DNA from: Candidatus Portnoybacteria bacterium
Lineage (GTDB): Bacteria; Patescibacteriota; Minisyncoccia; Portnoybacterales; GWB1-42-6
Length of the DNA stretch: 64,000 nucleotides
Direction of reading: 5' to 3'
NCBI GenBank assembly: GCA_028688325.1
Contig: JAQTYI010000004.1
Coordinates: forward strand, 8,638-72,637
The translations under genes and the position numbers were made by a program. Each line of letters opens with the position of its first letter. Position 1 is the first letter of the stretch. The notes below the pieces were generated by a model. It had not been told where the DNA came from. It searched no databases and worked only from the letters and a program-made list of their open reading frames with translations. This document shows positions 9,748-20,096 of the stretch, piece by piece.

Positions 9748-9900
9748 TCAATAAAAAGATGCCTTCTTTTTGATCATCCGTTTCAAATTCAAAACGCTTT
9801 TGCCCGAAACCGCCATTTTCGGGCGTTTCTTTTTCAGGCGGCGCTTAGCTTTTTGTTCCAGGATTTTTTGGAGTTGTTCGGAGTTTGCTTGCACGCTCAT
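9748..9900 (-). CDS. Small basic hypothetical protein (50 aa)
   Basis: MSVQANSEQLQKILEQKAKRRLKKKRPKMAVSGKSVLNLKRMIKKKASFY; same strand as neighbours, ATG directly after a repeat. Confidence 0.55.
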   Translation of the reverse strand: MSVQANSEQLQKILEQKAKRRLKKKRPKMAVSGKSVLNLKRMIKKKASFY

Positions 9901-9901
9901 A

Positions 9902-9991
9902 GTCATTCCGAGCAAAGCGAGGAATCTCCCGCGTATGCGAGGTGAATCGCACATTCGTGCGAGATTCTTCGGTCTATGGCCTCAGAATGAC
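9902..9991. repeat. GTCAT...ATGAC palindromic element
   Basis: gtcattccgagcaaagcgaggaatct ... agattcttcggtctatggcctcagaatgac. Confidence 0.85.
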
Positions 9992-10016
9992 GAATAAGGT
10001 AAATCTCACTAAAAAA

Positions 10017-11198
10017 TCATTGTCGTAATTTTCTCCTATGCAATTTCCGATAATACGATATCGCAAATCTGTGCGCTTCATTGCGGATGGCCTGAAAAAG
10101 CAGGCGTAAGTCCACCGGAAGTTTGCTAAGGAGCAGGGTCTTATCGCTATATATAGTATACAATTCCTCTTCTTTTTTGGCTAACGAGATAATAGCAGGT
10201 CGCGTATCGCTCGGCACTAAGCGATTGGCGAATTGCGATACGGCCGCGTTCAGCTGCGTCTGGCCGCCATCTATAAGCATAATGTCGGGCAGGGGCCATT
10301 CTTTGTGGTTCAGCCGCCTGGATAAAACTTCTTTTAGCATAGCGACATCATTGGCGCCCCGGACCGTTTTGATGCGGAATTTGCGGTAGTCGGATTTTTT
10401 GGGTTTATAGCCGTCAAAGACAATCATTGAGCCGGTGGCGCTGGTTCCCTGAATGTTGGAAATATCATAGGCCTCGATTCTTATCGGTTCACCGGCGTAG
10501 AGCCGGAGGAATTGTTTTAGGGTGTTAAGCGATTCGTGGTATTTTTTTAACCCCTCCTGCACCGTTTTCTTACAAAAAACGGCGCTTCCCCCCTTTGCAA
10601 AAGGGGGGTTGGGGGTTTTTTTTGACGATTGACGATTTGCGATTGGCGATTGGCCGTGCGCCGGGCACAAACCAAGGTGCCACTGCAAGCATGGCTTATC
10701 ATACGCATTTTTACAGGTGCGATAAGGCAGAATCTTGCGCAGGGCGCGCAAAACCCGTTTGAGCTCTTTGCCGTTGGTGAAGGGACCGATGGGGTCAGCT
10801 GTTAGCTTGTAGCTTTTAGCTTTTAGGTTATGGACAATCAGCACTCTCGGCCATTCGTCATCTGTAAAATTAACTCGTAAATAACTTTTATCGTCCCGCC
10901 ATTGGATATTATATTTTGGCGCATATTTTTTTATCAGCTGATCTTCCAATATCAGCGCATCTTTTTCATCGGCGGTCTTGATGAAATCAATGTCGGAAAT
11001 CCCTCCCAACCTCCCTTTTGCAAAGGGGGGAGCAGGGGGGTTAAATTTGCTTTGGCTGCTTGGAATAAAGTGCGAGCGCACGCGATTGCGCAAATTAACC
11101 GCTTTGCCGATATACAAAATCCGCCCCTGGGCGTCTTTGAATAAATAGACGCCGGGTTTTTGGGGAAGGGCTTTTATTTGTTTTTTTATTGTTGACAT
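10017..11198 (-). CDS. uvrC: UvrC-like excinuclease, shortened (GIY-YIG plus RNase H-like domains)
   Basis: LPQKPGVYLFKD...YIGKAVNLRNRV, PKYN, RIEAYDISN, PDIMLIDGG, RNEAHRFAI; no UVR or HhH domain visible. Confidence 0.88.
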   Translation of the reverse strand: MSTIKKQIKALPQKPGVYLFKDAQGRILYIGKAVNLRNRVRSHFIPSSQSKFNPPAPPFAKGRLGGISDIDFIKTADEKDALILEDQLIKKYAPKYNIQWRDDKSYLRVNFTDDEWPRVLIVHNLKAKSYKLTADPIGPFTNGKELKRVLRALRKILPYRTCKNAYDKPCLQWHLGLCPAHGQSPIANRQSSKKTPNPPFAKGGSAVFCKKTVQEGLKKYHESLNTLKQFLRLYAGEPIRIEAYDISNIQGTSATGSMIVFDGYKPKKSDYRKFRIKTVRGANDVAMLKEVLSRRLNHKEWPLPDIMLIDGGQTQLNAAVSQFANRLVPSDTRPAIISLAKKEEELYTIYSDKTLLLSKLPVDLRLLFQAIRNEAHRFAISYYRKLHRRKLRQ

Positions 11199-11278
11199 AA
11201 TCAAGGTGGTGATATATCTTATCCATAAGAAGAATCGTAGCAAGAAGTTCTCAATAGTTCAATAAAAAGGAGGAAAAA

Positions 11279-11479
11279 ATGAGTACAACACTGGAGGATT
11301 TGAATAAAGCCATAGAAAATCTTCGTGGAATGGCTAAATGGGATATTTGCATGGAAAATCCTGCCTTGCTGGACAGGATAGATATCGCCACCATGGAAGC
11401 CAGCATCATTCTTGGCCGTATAAGGAATGTTATCGTTGAGACCGATGTCGTAGACTTGATCCGGGTAAGCAAAGGATGA
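11279..11479 (+). CDS. Small hypothetical protein
   Basis: 66 aa ORF with a strong AGGAGG SD, filling the uvrC-uvrA gap. Confidence 0.55.
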   Translation: MSTTLEDLNKAIENLRGMAKWDICMENPALLDRIDIATMEASIILGRIRNVIVETDVVDLIRVSKG

Positions 11480-11593
11480 TTCTGTCGAAAAAGAAGCAAG
11501 AGGATAAAAGTTTGTCTTCAAGGGCTCAAACAATTCATGTTTGGGCTCTTTTCTTTTGGGAAAAATTCGTGTATAATGTTTGGGTTATTATCA

Positions 11594-11722
11594 ACATCCG
11601 ATGTCCCAAATATTTAGCATTTTGTATTCTGGACATCAGATGTCAAAATATTGGACTTAATCCAGCGATGTCCGACAACCTAAAATTCGAAATTCTTTAA
11701 TATTTGAGTTGTCGGACATCAA
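11594..11722. repeat. GATGTCC(G/C)/GGACATC palindromic repeats
   Basis: acatccgatgtcc...ggacatcagatgt and gatgtccgacaac...gttgtcggacatc; related copies at 16095-16149 and 31699-31739. Confidence 0.7.
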
Positions 11723-11727
11723 AATAC

Positions 11728-14715
11728 ATGAAAGGTGAGTTTATAAAAATCAAAGGCGCCAGAGTCCACAATCTCAAAAATGTTTCCTTGGATATCCCCA
11801 AGGGCAAGTTGGTGGTGATAACCGGTCTTTCCGGTTCGGGAAAATCGTCTTTGGCGTTTGATACCATCTACGCCGAAGGCCAGCGCCGGTATGTTGAGAG
11901 TTTATCCGCCTATGCCAGGCAGTTTTTGGGCGTGATGGATAAGCCCGATGTCGATTCCATCGACGGCTTGTCGCCTGCCATTGCCATTGACCAGCGAAGT
12001 GTTTCCAAGAATCCGCGTTCTACCGTGGGCACAATAACGGAGATATACGATTATATGCGTTTGCTTTTTTCCCGCGTGGGCAAACCGTATTGCCCCGAAT
12101 GCGGCAAAATTATTTCCCGCCAGAGCCCCAGCGCCGTGGCGGAAGCTGTCTTAAAATATCCCGCGGGCGCGCAAATAACGATCTTGGGTCCGCTGGTGCG
12201 CGCCAAAAAAGGCGAACATCATGGAATTTTGGAGCAGGCGCAAAAAGCGGGATTCGTCAATGTGCGCGTTGATGGCATCGTGCACCGCCTGGAAGAGGCG
12301 ATGGGTTTGGAATTGGATAAGCAAAAAAAGCACAGCATCGAAGTTGTGGTTGACCGAGTGGAAGTGCCCAGTGCCGCGGACAAGGATGAGCGCGCCAGAA
12401 TAGTTGATTCCATAGAAACAGCTTTGAAAGTTGGTAAGGGAATGATGATAGTGAGCAAGAATCAGGATTCTGGGTCCCGGGTCAAGCCCGGGACGACATC
12501 ATTTTTAAAAAATGATGTCGTTTTTTCCGAGCTTTTTGCCTGCGAAAAATGCGGCATTTCTCTGCCGGAGATCGAGCCGCGCCTTTTTTCGTTCAACAGC
12601 CCTTTCGGCGCCTGCCCCGAATGCCAGGGACTGGGCAGTAAACTGGAAATCGATCCTAAATTGGTTATGCCAAACCCGCGCCTAACTTTGGCGGAAGGCG
12701 TGATCCGCCCTTGGGCCACGGCTTCGCACCGCGTGGGCCGGCAGGGATATTATTACTGGCTTATTAGCAAGTTGGCCGAGGCCAATGAATTTTCTTTGAA
12801 CACTCCCGCGGGGGAGTTGCCGAAAGATGTTGTTAAAAAAATCCTCTATGGCGATTCGAAAAATGACTACGAAGGCGTTATTCCGAATCTGGAGCGGCGC
12901 TGGAAAGAAACCGATTCTGATTTCGCGCGCGCGGAGATAGAAAAATATATGCAGGTGCGCCAATGCCCGTTGTGCCACGGCGCCAGGTTGAAACGCGAAG
13001 CGCTGGCGATACGAATAAATTCACTTAACCCCCCTGGGCCCCCCTTTAAAAGGGGGGTTGGGGGGTTAAATATCGCCGATGTTTCCGCGATGAGCATCGA
13101 GGCGGCCAAAAAATACTTTGAGGATCTGAAATTATCCGCCAACGACGCCGAAATTGCTAAGCCCGTTGTCAAAGAAATCCTAAAGCGGTTGAAATTCTTG
13201 CTCGATGTGGGGCTTGACTATCTGACCATCGGCCGTGAATCGACCACTCTTTCGGGCGGAGAAGCGCAAAGAATTCGCCTGGCCACGCAGATCGGTTCCG
13301 GGCTTTCCGGCGTGGTTTATATTTTGGACGAGCCGTCCATCGGCTTGCACCAGCGGGACCTCGCGCGCCTCATCGCCACGCTTTTCCAGTTGCGGGACCT
13401 GGGCAACACTGTGATAGTGGTTGAGCACGACGAGCAGACCATCCTGGCGGCGGATTGGATTGTTGATGTGGGGCCGGGAGCGGGAATTCATGGCGGAAAA
13501 ATAATTTTTGCCGGCACCCCCGCGCAGCTTTTAAAATCCGATTGTTTGACCGGGCAATATTTGTCAGGGAAAAAATCCGTGTCATCAGGTGGTCATCCTG
13601 ACCCCGCAGCGGCGGGGTCAGGATCTAAAAAAGATTCTTCGGCCTCCGGCCTCAGAATGACAGATAAAAATAAGGAACACTTATGGGGAGAACCTGGATC
13701 CCGGGTCAAGCCCGGGATGACAAAGTCATCGGGTTCTTTGCAGATAATCGGCGCCACGGAGCACAACCTGAAAAATATCGATGTAAAAATACCATTGCAG
13801 AAATTTGTGGCCGTGACGGGCGTTTCCGGCTCAGGCAAAAGCACGCTGGTTAATGATATTCTGGGCAAATCTTTAAGCCGCGATTTTCACGGCGCTCATC
13901 AACAACCAGGCGCGCATAAGGAAATTTTTGGCACGGATAATCTGGATAAAGTCATAATCGTGGACCAGTCGCCCATCGGCCGCACGCCCCGTTCCAACCC
14001 CGCCACTTATACTGGCATATTTACGCCCATTCGCGATATTTTTTCCCAAACGCAAGAGGCCAAAATTCGCGGCTACAGCGCGGGGCGCTTCAGTTTTAAT
14101 GTTAAAGGCGGCCGGTGTGAAAATTGCGAAGGCGACGGCGTCAAAAAGATAGAAATGTATTTTTTGCCCGATGTTTATATCGAGTGCGAGGTCTGCCATG
14201 GCCAGCGATATAATAAAGAAACACTGGAGATAGAGTATAAAGGCAAGAATATCGCGCAGATATTGGCGATGCCGGTTGAAGAGGGCTATGATTTTTTCAA
14301 GAATCTTCCGGCGTTGGAGCAAAAATTGCGCACACTCAAAGAAGTCGGTTTGGGGTATATGAAATTGGGGCAATCTTCAACAACTCTTTCGGGCGGCGAA
14401 GCGCAACGCATAAAACTGGCCACGGAACTGGCGCGGCGCGACACCGGCAACACATTATATATATTGGATGAGCCCACAACCGGCCTGCATTTTGACGATA
14501 TCCGGCGATTACTCACAGTTTTGCGCGAACTTGTCAAGAGAGGCAATTCCGTGTTAGTAATTGAGCATAATTTGGATGTCATCGCGAGCACCGACTGGGT
14601 GATAGACCTGGGGCCGGAAGGCGGGGAAAAGGGCGGTTATGTTGTGGCGCAGGGAACGGTTGAAGAGATTATCAAGAGCAAGAAGAGCTATACGGGAAAA
14701 TATTTGAAGGAATAA
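11728..14715 (+). CDS. uvrA: Excinuclease ABC subunit A, with in-frame repeat insertions
   Basis: GARVHNLKN, two Walker A motifs ([16 protein letters not shown]), LSGGEAQRI twice, zinc fingers. Confidence 0.97.
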   Translation: MKGEFIKIKGARVHNLKNVSLDIPKGKLVVITGLSGSGKSSLAFDTIYAEGQRRYVESLSAYARQFLGVMDKPDVDSIDGLSPAIAIDQRSVSKNPRSTVGTITEIYDYMRLLFSRVGKPYCPECGKIISRQSPSAVAEAVLKYPAGAQITILGPLVRAKKGEHHGILEQAQKAGFVNVRVDGIVHRLEEAMGLELDKQKKHSIEVVVDRVEVPSAADKDERARIVDSIETALKVGKGMMIVSKNQDSGSRVKPGTTSFLKNDVVFSELFACEKCGISLPEIEPRLFSFNSPFGACPECQGLGSKLEIDPKLVMPNPRLTLAEGVIRPWATASHRVGRQGYYYWLISKLAEANEFSLNTPAGELPKDVVKKILYGDSKNDYEGVIPNLERRWKETDSDFARAEIEKYMQVRQCPLCHGARLKREALAIRINSLNPPGPPFKRGVGGLNIADVSAMSIEAAKKYFEDLKLSANDAEIAKPVVKEILKRLKFLLDVGLDYLTIGRESTTLSGGEAQRIRLATQIGSGLSGVVYILDEPSIGLHQRDLARLIATLFQLRDLGNTVIVVEHDEQTILAADWIVDVGPGAGIHGGKIIFAGTPAQLLKSDCLTGQYLSGKKSVSSGGHPDPAAAGSGSKKDSSASGLRMTDKNKEHLWGEPGSRVKPGMTKSSGSLQIIGATEHNLKNIDVKIPLQKFVAVTGVSGSGKSTLVNDILGKSLSRDFHGAHQQPGAHKEIFGTDNLDKVIIVDQSPIGRTPRSNPATYTGIFTPIRDIFSQTQEAKIRGYSAGRFSFNVKGGRCENCEGDGVKKIEMYFLPDVYIECEVCHGQRYNKETLEIEYKGKNIAQILAMPVEEGYDFFKNLPALEQKLRTLKEVGLGYMKLGQSSTTLSGGEAQRIKLATELARRDTGNTLYILDEPTTGLHFDDIRRLLTVLRELVKRGNSVLVIEHNLDVIASTDWVIDLGPEGGEKGGYVVAQGTVEEIIKSKKSYTGKYLKE

Positions 14716-14723
14716 ACCAAAAA

Positions 14724-14977
14724 TTGTCATTTCGAGCCCCGCATCCAAAATCATAGATTTTTGGTGCGGGATAAACTCCGCGAGGAATCTGTTCCAAAGA
14801 ATTTCTAATTGCTCTAATTTCTAATTGACCTAATCAATGACCAATGCCTAAATTTAGAAATTAGGATTTGGGATTTGATTAGGAATTAGGTTAATTAGGT
14901 AATTAGAAATTAACGCAGCTCCTTCCTACCTCGACTCGCCGTCAAGGCGAGGCCGGGCACTTCGTTCAGGACGACAA
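14724..14977. repeat. TTGTCAT-family element enclosing an inverted heptamer-repeat array
   Basis: Left arm matches 1484-1550; the interior is (ctaattt/ctaattg)n then (aattagg/aattaga)n; right arm ends caggacgacaa. Confidence 0.8.
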
Positions 14978-15021
14978 TTTCATCGCCGGTTTTTTAACAA
15001 CTTTACAAAAGGAGGCGCGAG

Positions 15022-15342
15022 ATGGACTGCAAGAATGTTTTATGCCGGACAGGGGATTTTTCCGTAAAGATCGCGATGAATGTTCTTTTTTTAGCTTGCG
15101 CGATATTCTGGTTGGCGCTTTTTTTCTGCGTAAGTTTTTACGGGCTGGGTTTTGTTGCTGCCACGGCGATGTTGTCGCTTGGAATATCGAGCGAGATAAT
15201 CGTGCATTCGATTTGGTGGGCGATCTTGCTGTTGAGCGTTATTTTCAGCATCTGGGCATATATCGACGGATGGGATGAAAAGGCGATAAATTGGATTGTC
15301 GGAAAACTTATACGCATTATCGATAAAAAACTCAGGAGGTGA
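15022..15342 (+). CDS. Hypothetical membrane protein
   Basis: AGGAGG SD and 2-3 hydrophobic segments. Confidence 0.65.
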   Translation: MDCKNVLCRTGDFSVKIAMNVLFLACAIFWLALFFCVSFYGLGFVAATAMLSLGISSEIIVHSIWWAILLLSVIFSIWAYIDGWDEKAINWIVGKLIRIIDKKLRR

Positions 15343-15346
15343 AAAA

Positions 15347-15598
15347 ATGGCGCCAAATATCGGATACGCAATAAAGCGGTTGCGCAGGATTGTAGCCGAC
15401 GGTCGGGCCAGAATGGATAAGAATCTCATTTCGGCCCTCAGCGGCTTTCTCCCAAAAAGCCAGGTGAGGGAGCTGAAAGAAATCGCCGATGAAATGCATA
15501 AAACTCATAAGGCGATGATGCGTTTGGCGTCGGCCAGGGATTCTGCGAATTTCAGGCCCGGTAAAAAATACCGCGTCAATTCCGATACCATCGATTAG
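15347..15598 (+). CDS. Hypothetical protein
   Basis: AGGAGGTGA SD overlapping the upstream stop; MAPNIGYAIKRLRR... Confidence 0.6.
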   Translation: MAPNIGYAIKRLRRIVADGRARMDKNLISALSGFLPKSQVRELKEIADEMHKTHKAMMRLASARDSANFRPGKKYRVNSDTID

Positions 15599-15620
15599 CG
15601 CGTTTAACAAAGGAGGATTT

Positions 15621-15986
15621 ATGAAATTCAGGAATGTTAGCAAACGGCGGCCGTGGAAAACAAAAGCGCAGAAAAAAGAAAAGAACAGGCGAGAAGCGGC
15701 AATCCTGGAAAAAGAAAGAAGCGAGGCCCTGAGCCGCGAGGTGAAAGAGGCCATAGAAAATAGATGGCCGGCTGGAGCGGCCAGATCCATAATCGAAAGA
15801 TATCATCTTGATGATTTTCCTCCAACTGCCGTTTCGCCGCGGCAAAAGATTCCGGTTTCACCGGGCGCGAAGGAATCCTGGATTGATTATTTTGCTCTTC
15901 GGCTTTATCGTCTGCGCAGATTCGTTCTTTGGCTCTGGGCTATGGCGCGGTTTCAACGCGTTGGCGCCTGGCTGCCGGAGCGGTAG
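15621..15986 (+). CDS. Hypothetical basic protein
   Basis: AAGGAGGA SD; followed by the terminator-like aaggggttcggt...accgggccctttttt. Confidence 0.6.
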   Translation: MKFRNVSKRRPWKTKAQKKEKNRREAAILEKERSEALSREVKEAIENRWPAGAARSIIERYHLDDFPPTAVSPRQKIPVSPGAKESWIDYFALRLYRLRRFVLWLWAMARFQRVGAWLPER

Positions 15987-16159
15987 GGATAAGGTAATGA
16001 GTCAAGGGGTTCGGTAAAAAACCGGGCCCTTTTTTATTTGATCGGGGGTCAAATCTTATGATATCAGATATCATAAGATTTGAATTAATATTTTGATGTC
16101 CGACATCCTGAGATTCGGGTGCATTAATATCTGGGATGTCGGACATCAGGAAGGCATCC

Positions 16160-16231
16160 TTGACTTTACTGTTAATTTGTATAGAATACTATAATGAATA
16201 CGAATTGGCAGTCCCGATTAACGACTGCTAA
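16160..16231 (+). promoter_or_regulatory. groESL promoter plus CIRCE (HrcA operator) variant
   Basis: TTGACT at 16160 and TAGAAT at 16182, then TTGGCAGTC-N9-GACTGCTAA at 16205-16231 (canonical TTAGCACTC-N9-GAGTGCTAA). Confidence 0.8.
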
Positions 16232-16252
16232 AAAGAAGCTTATTATTTATGG

Positions 16253-16312
16253 TGTCATTCTGAGGGCGCAGCCCGAGAATCTGTTAAAGATCCTTCGCTT
16301 CGCTCAGGATGA
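16253..16312. repeat. GTCAT...ATGAC palindromic element in the groES leader
   Basis: gtcattctgagggcgcagcccgagaatct...agatccttcgcttcgctcaggatgac. Confidence 0.85.
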
Positions 16313-16325
16313 CGAAAAGTCTGTT

Positions 16326-16625
16326 ATGAAAATAAAACCATTGGGCGACAGGGTTTTGATCGAACCGGTTTCCGCCGAAGAGATAAAAAAAATAGGCAAG
16401 ATAAATCTGATGGTGCCGCAGACCGCGGATAAGGAACGGCCCGAACAGGGCAAAGTTGTTGCTGTGGGCGCGGGCAGAATCGGTAAAGACGGAAAAAATA
16501 TTCCGATGAGCGTCAAAAAAGGCGATACGGTTTTGTTCACCAAATACGGCCCGAACGAAATAAAAATAGACGGCAAGGAATATCTGATTGCGGAGGAGAA
16601 AGATATATTAGCTATTTTAGAATAG
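16326..16625 (+). CDS. groES: Co-chaperonin GroES
   Basis: [15 protein letters not shown]-x-VVAVG-x-G, [17 protein letters not shown]. Confidence 0.96.
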   Translation: MKIKPLGDRVLIEPVSAEEIKKIGKINLMVPQTADKERPEQGKVVAVGAGRIGKDGKNIPMSVKKGDTVLFTKYGPNEIKIDGKEYLIAEEKDILAILE

Positions 16626-16669
16626 GTTCTAAAATGAATTTTCAGTTTACAATTATCAATTTTCAAAAA

Positions 16670-18483
<1,814 letters not shown>

Positions 18484-18536
18484 TACCGCTGAACTACGCG
18501 GAACTGATACGCAAAACAACGCGGATGAAGATATTT

Positions 18537-18568
18537 AAAAAGCGCCCGGGTCTCCTTGGGCGCTTTTT
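18537..18568 (+). terminator. Intrinsic terminator after groEL
   Basis: aaaaagcgccc-gggtctcct-tgggcgcttttt. Confidence 0.75.
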
Positions 18569-18626
18569 GGTTTGCCAAATAAGGGATTTATAGTATGATA
18601 AAAAGGTAAAAAATAAGCTTAAGTTA

Positions 18627-18968
18627 ATGGAAATAATTATAGAAAGCATTGCGGTTGAAAGATTAAAAGAAATGTCCGAAAAGATGTTCGGCAACATCGT
18701 TAAGGCGGTGGTTGATATTGAGCGTGGCATTATGGCGATAGACGGCGAGTTGCATGCCGATTTGGAGGTGCTTTTATCGGATAATGGATCGGAAAGAAAA
18801 AATGTATGGGGGATAAATTTTCATCCCGATGCAACGGGAGGCGATTTTGTAGAGTTTGATTCCATGATCAATTTAAAGCCGCAATTTGGCAACCGGACGC
18901 GCGGGGTGGACAACGAAGAAATAAGAAAAAAAATAATGGAAGTGGTAAATAAATCAGTAAAAAAATAA
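18627..18968 (+). CDS. DUF5674-like protein
   Basis: VKAVVDI, ELHADLE, WGINFHP, EFDSMINLKP..GNRTRGV resemble DUF5674 (recognised from memory). Confidence 0.7.
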   Translation: MEIIIESIAVERLKEMSEKMFGNIVKAVVDIERGIMAIDGELHADLEVLLSDNGSERKNVWGINFHPDATGGDFVEFDSMINLKPQFGNRTRGVDNEEIRKKIMEVVNKSVKK

Positions 18969-19303
18969 TGGCATATCAGCATCAAGAATTAGCCCAAGGC
19001 CGCTGGCAGAAATTCTCTTTTTTTGAACAGATGGCGAATGTGGGCAGCGAAGTGGGCCGAGCGATAAATTGGCGGAGTAAGAATGAGGTAAATTCTCGCT
19101 TAGCTTTTGAGCGGGCGCTGGAATTGCTGGATTTGACGATAGATGATAAAAGGAATAAGGCGCGGCGGGGAGAATTAACGCGGGCACGCGAGGTTTTGGT
19201 TGATTATTTTGCGGGAAATAACGATTATCGGTCTTCGGACGCAAGCTGGCAGAATTATTTTTACGCGTTCAACTATGCCGCCAGATTACAAGCGGGTGTG
19301 TAG
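18968..19303 (+). CDS. Conserved helical hypothetical protein, translationally coupled to DUF5674
   Basis: TAATG overlap; GRW..FSFFEQMANVGSEVGRA, FERALELLDLT, ELTRARE. Confidence 0.75.
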   Translation: MAYQHQELAQGRWQKFSFFEQMANVGSEVGRAINWRSKNEVNSRLAFERALELLDLTIDDKRNKARRGELTRAREVLVDYFAGNNDYRSSDASWQNYFYAFNYAARLQAGV

Positions 19304-19437
19304 TTGGCAGTTTTTTAAGGGAAGAGAGATTTTTAAAAACAGGGCAGGGTAGAGAAAGAATAAAATGTATACACGGAGAGGTCGTCCGCTCAGGCATAAT
19401 GAGCGGATCCGCTCGCTTCGCCGAGCGGACATACAAT

Positions 19438-19698
19438 ATGTTTTATGTCTATGTGTTAAAAAGTGAAAAAGACGGGAACTGTTATACCGGTTTTAGCATT
19501 GACTTAAAGAAAAGAGTAGAAGAACATAATAAGGGGAGAGTAGAAATAACAAAAAATCGCAGGCCCTTGTTGTTGGTTTATTATGAAGCATTTTTGGACG
19601 AGAAGGCTGCGAGGCGGCAAGAATTATTTTATAAGACCGGTCAAGGAAGAAGAATTTTAAAAAAGAGATTAAGCTTTATACACGGAGAGGTCGCATAG
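19438..19698 (+). CDS. Small GIY-YIG nuclease (UPF0213-like); stop codon inside tRNA-Ser
   Basis: MFYVYVLKS...YTGFS.DLKKRVEEHNKG...TKNRRPLLLVYYE...A.RQE..YKTGQG. Confidence 0.9.
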   Translation: MFYVYVLKSEKDGNCYTGFSIDLKKRVEEHNKGRVEITKNRRPLLLVYYEAFLDEKAARRQELFYKTGQGRRILKKRLSFIHGEVA

Positions 19699-19768
19699 AG
19701 GCCGAGTGCGCTCGCTTGGAAAGCGAGTGGTCCGCAAGGACTCGAGGGTTCGAATCCCTCCCTCTCCG
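19684..19768 (+). tRNA. tRNA-Ser(GGA)
   Basis: GGAGAGG acceptor pairs with CCTCTCC; anticodon arm CTCGC-TTGGAAA-GCGAG; long variable arm; GAGGG-TTCGAAT-CCCTC. Confidence 0.95.
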
Positions 19769-19796
19769 CAATCCTTCGCTAAAGCTACGGAATTGC

Positions 19797-20096
19797 ATGC
19801 ACTATACTTATATTTTATTAAGCTCAAAATCCCATATTTTTTATTTCGGATCAACGAACGATTTGAAGAAAAGATTAATTTTACATAATTCTGGCAAGGT
19901 ACCATCCACTAAACCGCATATTCCTTGGATTCTGGTATGGTACGGTGCTTTTCAGGCAGAAAAACAAGCAAGGGATTTTGAGCTTTACTTGAAAAATGGA
20001 TCGGGGAAGGCCTTTGCTTATAAAAGATTAGTTTCGGTAGCTTTGGCGAAGGATTTTGAATCCGGGAGAAAAGGTAGTCCGAAGCTAAAAGCGTAG
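19797..20096 (+). CDS. Second small GIY-YIG nuclease, enclosed by 22-bp inverted repeats
   Basis: MHYTYILLS...YFGSTNDLKKRLILHNSG...STKPHIPWILVWY...ARDFELYLKNGSG. Confidence 0.9.
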   Translation: MHYTYILLSSKSHIFYFGSTNDLKKRLILHNSGKVPSTKPHIPWILVWYGAFQAEKQARDFELYLKNGSGKAFAYKRLVSVALAKDFESGRKGSPKLKA

